From a virus, in the IMG/VR virus record IMGVR_UViG_3300030329_003230, positions 23,401 to 87,400 of that record: a DNA stretch of 64,000 nt. The stretch is one strand, 5' to 3'. The position numbers were made by a program, and so were the translations under genes. This document shows, piece after piece, positions 58,840 to 64,000 of the stretch (positions are counted from its first letter, which is position 1; every line of letters starts with the position of its first letter). The notes beneath the pieces were generated by a model, which had not been told where the DNA came from, ran no database searches, and was given only the letters and a program-made list of their open reading frames with translations.

Positions 58840-59177
58840 TTTTCTTCCTCTCCTAAACTACCTGAACTCTTTGGATATACTACTTTCCTAACCTGCCTAT
58901 ACAACTGCTCATACTGCTTTCGTAATTTGCTCGCCGTGGCAACCATATCAACGTTCTGTTCACTGATAGATTTCATCTTCTTATTTAATTTAGAATCATC
59001 TTTAACTAAATCAAGACCTTCCATCATCTCAATAAGTTCCCCTAATTTAGTAAAATCTTGACCGAAATATTCTGAAGGTTCAGCAGCTTGCAGTGTTTTC
59101 TTTAGTTTCTTTTTCTCTTTAGAGTCAAGAGCATTTAAAATATCACTCTTAGCTTTTAGAACATTTTCCCAAGTCAT
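58836..59177 (-). CDS. Head-region protein with MTWENVLKA N-terminus
   Basis: Coupled ORF carrying the shared N-terminal motif. Confidence 0.65.
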   Translation of the reverse strand: MTWENVLKAKSDILNALDSKEKKKLKKTLQAAEPSEYFGQDFTKLGELIEMMEGLDLVKDDSKLNKKMKSISEQNVDMVATASKLRKQYEQLYRQVRKVVYPKSSGSLGEEEK

Positions 59178-60407
59178 TTAATTCACTTCCCAAGTAACAT
59201 TTTCTCCTTCTTCTAACCGTTGCATTATATCAGAAACAGTAAGGTCAGCCCTCATACGATTTTTTATATCAGGGTTATTTAGTAAATTTGGTATCGTATA
59301 TAGAGTACCACCTTTAATATATTCTTTGTAAAGGTCTTTGAGTCTATCATTAATATTTCTATGTTCAGCAATATCCTTTACAATTTTAACAGTATTACTA
59401 TATTGATAAACATTAGAAATTATTTCATGTAGGGGCTCCTTAACCTTAACAAGTTTAGAATCTTCAAAAGTTTCATATTCTATTTCTTGATTTAATTTAT
59501 CATTTATTTTCTCTAAAAGACCCAACCTTTCTCTGAAATACCTTTGTTCTTCTTTACTTAATTGTAAAGTCTCTATAACTTCAATGTGTTTTTCATCTCT
59601 TACATTTTTAATTGATTCTAAATCATCATTACTAAGGTTATACATTTCTTTTATTTTTTCAACTTCTTTATTCTCAACGTGTTTCATTAAATTAATGTAA
59701 CTTTTAGGGTTCTTCATTAAACTATTAACTGCCTTTTCTATTTTAGGACCATAAATTGTTTCTCCTTCTAAATCAACAATATCATCTTCAGTTATTTCTA
59801 TGGCAAATGTTTCTATATTTTCTAAAAGTTTTAATCCGTCTTCTAATAATTGTTTATGGGTCTTGCCTTTAATTTTACCAGTATCAATATCCTTTACAGG
59901 AACTTTTTGTTTAGGTACAGTTTGTTTTTCTAATAACATAGCTCTTAGATTATCAATTATAGGTTTCAAAACAGTAGCCTCTTTTTCATAAGCTGGAGAT
60001 TTTTCTAAAGCTGAAATAAGAGTCCTAATATTCTGTTCCATAACTTCTGGATGCATGGGGTCATTACCAGTTACTGTTTTAGTTCGTAACTTTCCATCTG
60101 AATCTTCAAATTTTTCATATTTTCTTCCAGATAATTTAGGTGGTTTTATACCTTCAGTTGTATCTGTTTTTTCACGAAAATTCCCAACTGGATACTTCTC
60201 AAGTATGTCTTTTAAAATTTCTACTGTTTTAGGAGATATAGGTAATCGACTGTATAATGCTTTACTTTTTTTACTTTCTCTCTCAATAGCATCAATTAGG
60301 TTCTCCCAAGTAATACCTTGTTCTTTTAGAATTTCTTCTAAATAACACTTCAACATAATGAACGGATTATCCGTTTTTAGAAGGTGGGCTTTTAGAAGAG
60401 TTGACAT
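59178..60407 (-). CDS. Large charged head-region protein
   Basis: MSTLLKAHLLKT...ITWENLI. Confidence 0.6.
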   Translation of the reverse strand: MSTLLKAHLLKTDNPFIMLKCYLEEILKEQGITWENLIDAIERESKKSKALYSRLPISPKTVEILKDILEKYPVGNFREKTDTTEGIKPPKLSGRKYEKFEDSDGKLRTKTVTGNDPMHPEVMEQNIRTLISALEKSPAYEKEATVLKPIIDNLRAMLLEKQTVPKQKVPVKDIDTGKIKGKTHKQLLEDGLKLLENIETFAIEITEDDIVDLEGETIYGPKIEKAVNSLMKNPKSYINLMKHVENKEVEKIKEMYNLSNDDLESIKNVRDEKHIEVIETLQLSKEEQRYFRERLGLLEKINDKLNQEIEYETFEDSKLVKVKEPLHEIISNVYQYSNTVKIVKDIAEHRNINDRLKDLYKEYIKGGTLYTIPNLLNNPDIKNRMRADLTVSDIMQRLEEGENVTWEVN

Positions 60408-60416
60408 TTATTTCCC

Positions 60417-60641
60417 TCAATAATATGGTTTGTTTTCATGATTTTGTTTTCTTTTCTTAGGTATGTGAATATAGTTAGGCATATCTGAATTAGATTGGGG
60501 CTCAGGTCTAACTTTATTATTACCTAAAGACATAGGAGTTAAATCTTTATTTTTAGTTACTATTTTTTCTTTTTGTGCTAATATTCTTTCAGCCGTCATT
60601 AATTCTTTTCTCATTTTAGCTGCTTCTTCTCTTGTTGTCAT
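60417..60641 (-). CDS. Small basic protein
   Basis: ORF with a GGGGAG SD. Confidence 0.55.
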   Translation of the reverse strand: MTTREEAAKMRKELMTAERILAQKEKIVTKNKDLTPMSLGNNKVRPEPQSNSDMPNYIHIPKKRKQNHENKPYY

Positions 60642-60643
60642 TT

Positions 60644-61060
60644 TTAATCTCCCCTCATATTTTGGATAATATCATTAGCCATATCTTTATTTTCCTTAGT
60701 GGGTTTTACCCGTTCTGAACGACTAACTTTTGCATGGGGGTCATCCATTGTAAAACCATCTTCATGTATCATATTCTTAAAACAAACATCACATTCTTGG
60801 TAAATGTTTATTTTGTCTTCAATGGGTTCTCCACTATCCCAATGTTCTAATAGAAACCTTTTCATTTTAGGACTTCCAAAATGGTCTTGAATTACACCAC
60901 AGTAATCACAAGTATTTACTTTGTTTATGTATTTATCTAAGTTTTTCAGATAATATTCTTTCATTTCTTTTTGAAAGGGACTAAGGGTTCTTTTCTTAGG
61001 GGTTGTAGGTTTTCTTTCTTCTTTGGTCTTCAATATATCTTCCCAACTCATATTAACCAA
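60644..61060 (-). CDS. Zn-finger protein with MSWEDILKT N-terminal motif
   Basis: CDYC...CDVC. Confidence 0.6.
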   Translation of the reverse strand: MVNMSWEDILKTKEERKPTTPKKRTLSPFQKEMKEYYLKNLDKYINKVNTCDYCGVIQDHFGSPKMKRFLLEHWDSGEPIEDKINIYQECDVCFKNMIHEDGFTMDDPHAKVSRSERVKPTKENKDMANDIIQNMRGD

Positions 61061-62711
61061 CCCTCCTTTCTGTTCTTCTATCTACATTATTATTAGCTGC
61101 TTCCTCTGGTAAACCTGAATTCCGCTTAGGTGGTCCTACACTCATCTTTGGTTTAGGACTTTCTCCCTTTACTTCCGCAGGCTTACCTGCTTCAGCCAAT
61201 GTTGGTTTATTTCCTTCAGCCACCATTTGACCAATGTATCTCTGGTCTACATCAGTTCCAGCATAAGGGTCTGATTCAAATGCTTCTTCTTCCTTAGATT
61301 CTCCACTTCCACCTTCGGGTTGAGGTTTTGGTTTAGAATAGATGAATTTACCATCTTCATCCATATCCACTTCAAATCCAAGATTCTTAATTTGCCCTGC
61401 AATATTAACTTCAATTTCTCTTTTTCTCATTTTAGCAATTTCATCTTCCTCTTCAGATGGTGGTAAAACTAATTCCCAATCAGTTATACCAAACTGCTTA
61501 ACCATGAATGGGAATACATATTTATTCCAAACATTTTGTGCCATTTCTACTGCTCGGTTAGTGACAAGAATCTGCATACCTTCGTTATTTAACCCTCCAC
61601 TGGTAGAGTTATCAGCCATGAAAATTTTACTTACACCATAAAAGGCAGAGACTCTATCCCTCAAATCTTCTTTAACAGAAATATAATCCATTTCTTTAAG
61701 TGAATCCATGAATTTAACCCACTCTACAGAACCTCTACCATTCTCGGCCTCTATACCCATAACAGGAATAAAGTGAGCGTCTTGTTCCATCTTTTCTTTA
61801 ACTCCCCTCCAAAAAGTCCTCATAGATTCAATGTTTCTTGTTTGAACAGCAAGAAGACCTTTTGGCATTCTACTCTTAGTATAAGCTTGATTGATGTAAT
61901 TCTCCATAGCAAGTAAAGTGGTTAAATGATTCCACATAGTTACTACAGGGCTCGTTCCATAAAGTCTACTTGGGGAATATTTACTGAAATGAAGAACTTC
62001 CCCTTTAATGAAATTCTGCTCATAACCGTGTGCTCTATTAACATAATGAACTGGATAAACATCACCATTACATTCTCCACATTTCTCATACATATTATCA
62101 ACAGAAAGATGCCTATGGTGAATACAAGTAAAAGAATTCCCACCTTTATTGCCATCTTCATCACAAACAATTGCCATAGATACTGGGTCAGCACGATACA
62201 TCTGTTTAATTCGATGAGCTCTAATGTTTCCATTACCATCAACAAAGTATTCTTTTACAAGAACCAAATAAGCATCATCCATAATATTGAGGTCATCTTC
62301 TAATTCCTTTAGAACATCAATAAGCATCTGTTCTGCATCATTGACATAACCTGAACCCATAAATTTCTCAGCATATGTTTTTTGATTTTTATCTGGTTTT
62401 TTCAGATTAGTAGATTCACATTCAGCACACTCTAATACTGTTTCTTCATGTTCCTTACCACAATCTTCACATTTAACAGAAAATCTTGGACTCCATTGGT
62501 ATCCTCTCCTGAAAATTTCATTCTTCAATTGAGTAATACAAGTTCTTAAGATAACTGAACTTTCAGCAATATGATAGACTAAAGGCCCTGTCATCGTTAA
62601 AGGATGATGACGTTCCTGTATCCCCATCTGGTAAACTTCTCTATCAGCAGGAACAGGAGTAGATTTCCTGAAAAAATTAGTTAAGGAAAATCTTCTTTTT
62701 TCTTCAGTCAT
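61053..62711 (-). CDS. Portal protein with Zn-ribbon insertions
   Basis: DDAYLV, EVLHF..PS.LYGTSPV, PKGLL, RVSAFYGVS, GGLNNEG; inserts CEDC..CAEC and CIHH..CGEC. Confidence 0.85.
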   Translation of the reverse strand: MTEEKRRFSLTNFFRKSTPVPADREVYQMGIQERHHPLTMTGPLVYHIAESSVILRTCITQLKNEIFRRGYQWSPRFSVKCEDCGKEHEETVLECAECESTNLKKPDKNQKTYAEKFMGSGYVNDAEQMLIDVLKELEDDLNIMDDAYLVLVKEYFVDGNGNIRAHRIKQMYRADPVSMAIVCDEDGNKGGNSFTCIHHRHLSVDNMYEKCGECNGDVYPVHYVNRAHGYEQNFIKGEVLHFSKYSPSRLYGTSPVVTMWNHLTTLLAMENYINQAYTKSRMPKGLLAVQTRNIESMRTFWRGVKEKMEQDAHFIPVMGIEAENGRGSVEWVKFMDSLKEMDYISVKEDLRDRVSAFYGVSKIFMADNSTSGGLNNEGMQILVTNRAVEMAQNVWNKYVFPFMVKQFGITDWELVLPPSEEEDEIAKMRKREIEVNIAGQIKNLGFEVDMDEDGKFIYSKPKPQPEGGSGESKEEEAFESDPYAGTDVDQRYIGQMVAEGNKPTLAEAGKPAEVKGESPKPKMSVGPPKRNSGLPEEAANNNVDRRTERRVG

Positions 62712-64000
62712 TCTTCCTCAGCCCCCTGTGGACCTACGTGTTCAAATAAGTAATCAGAAGCGTCATCAATACTTGACCACTCATCTTCTGAAAACTCATA
62801 GTCTTCAATAATTCCTTCTAAGTCATCGATAGCATCATCAACATCTTCTTTGACAATGTTACCTACTTTTTCTAATTCGTCCATAACCCTCATTTTATTA
62901 TTCTCCTTATATTTACTGATGTTCTCTACATCTATATCGTCTTTCAAAAAATTATAATTAACGTGGTCTGCATGATTAGCCCACTTCATTAATTTGAATA
63001 GTTCTTTCATTCTTTCTTTAGCCCACGGTTGTTTTTTATGGAACTTTTTAATCCTAATTAATTCTGAAAGAATATCAGCATTATCACCTTTCATTCTGAA
63101 ATATGGTCTAGTTTTCTCTAACAACTTAATGATATCATCTTGCGAATAAAAGTTTAATCTTTGGACGGCTCTCGTTGCTTGAGGGGATTTCTGGTCTAGG
63201 TGTAATTTACCAATACCTAACTCCTTGTGTAATTCAGTCACGAATGCTTTACCTCTATTACCTGTTGCTATAATACCTATTCTTGGATTATGGTTTCTAT
63301 CCATTGTGATATACCCATCAGAATCAATAAAGGCAGCAGTATAAGCATACAAGTCCTTTTTTATTTCCATTGGTAATTTATAATATTCACCTTCAACATT
63401 ACTGATATTCAATTTATCAGCGACTTTACAAATTATCTGTGGAGAAGCACGTCTATGTAATTTAGCAGGTAATCGGTCATATATCTGACGAGCAGATATT
63501 CCTTGATTCTCACATACACTCTTCAATACAAAATCATCTAATTGTTTAGAAATATTATTTTTTATCACTTGATTAGAGATACCAGTTATTATCTTTCTAA
63601 ATTCTCTTTTAGAATTAGTCATAGTCTTTGTCAATGATGAATAATCAGAATTATAATTATCCCCTCGATGTAATTCAGCCTCCCAAAATTTACACAAAGC
63701 GTCTATTACTTGTCTTCTAGTTTCTCCATCTTTAATAGAATGTAATTTCTTCAAATCAGATTCTGTATATCTCATCTGACGAAGAGGGGTTTCATAAGGA
63801 GCAAGCCAATAAATGGATTTGATACAATCACCGAGATGATTAGAATAAGCAGAAATCAAATTCTCTATTGCTTTCGTAAAGATTAATTTCTCTTCTCCTT
63901 TCAAGGTCCGTCTATGTTTCTTCAAATCTTTAATAATAGCAGGGATTGTTTTGTCATTAATACGATATTCTTTAGGGAAAATATCTAACTGTGATTTTGC
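62708..64000 (-). CDS. LAGLIDADG-domain protein with upstream wHTH; 5' end beyond the window
   Basis: YTAAFIDSDGYI motif; GISARQIYDRL HTH; frame is open to base 64000. Confidence 0.75.
   Translation of the reverse strand, partial: AKSQLDIFPKEYRINDKTIPAIIKDLKKHRRTLKGEEKLIFTKAIENLISAYSNHLGDCIKSIYWLAPYETPLRQMRYTESDLKKLHSIKDGETRRQVIDALCKFWEAELHRGDNYNSDYSSLTKTMTNSKREFRKIITGISNQVIKNNISKQLDDFVLKSVCENQGISARQIYDRLPAKLHRRASPQIICKVADKLNISNVEGEYYKLPMEIKKDLYAYTAAFIDSDGYITMDRNHNPRIGIIATGNRGKAFVTELHKELGIGKLHLDQKSPQATRAVQRLNFYSQDDIIKLLEKTRPYFRMKGDNADILSELIRIKKFHKKQPWAKERMKELFKLMKWANHADHVNYNFLKDDIDVENISKYKENNKMRVMDELEKVGNIVKEDVDDAIDDLEGIIEDYEFSEDEWSSIDDASDYLFEHVGPQGAEEE

Noticed and set aside
1-64000. tRNA/rRNA genes, integrase, terminase
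   Set aside because: None recognised by eye; the terminase probably lies beyond the right edge. tRNAscan-SE would be needed to exclude tRNAs.

Overview
This 64 kb AT-rich window is most of a tailed dsDNA archaeal virus genome. Its gene content and order match the 'magroviruses' of Marine Group II Euryarchaeota/Poseidoniales; this assignment is inferred from recalled gene content, not a search. It has two convergent arms. The + arm (1-26.75 kb) carries TFB, an E1-like ThiF plus a JAB protease, GroES/GroEL, and an almost complete archaeal replisome: ligase, RFC, RPA-like, RecA-fold ATPase, PCNA, a split PolB, Cas4-like nuclease, fused primase, XPF nuclease, MCM-like helicase and DEDD exonuclease. 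The - arm (27.05-64 kb) carries a siphovirus-like virion module: portal, a second ligase, prohead protease/scaffold, HK97 capsid, connectors, tail tube, chaperone, tape measure, tail tip and fibres. The most notable observations are: (1) a translationally coupled Arf-like small GTPase plus membrane-protein operon in the late region; (2) two covarying copies of an unannotated pseudoknotted RNA in replication-gene leaders; (3) a shared 'M[ST]WxxIL/IK' motif and K|[AS] sites across head-region proteins, suggesting capsid targeting and maturation of internal proteins including the ligase; (4) a 33-aa double-PIP-box microprotein; (5) a -1 frameshifted tail chaperone; (6) a viral E1/JAB pair. All calls come from motif reading by eye.
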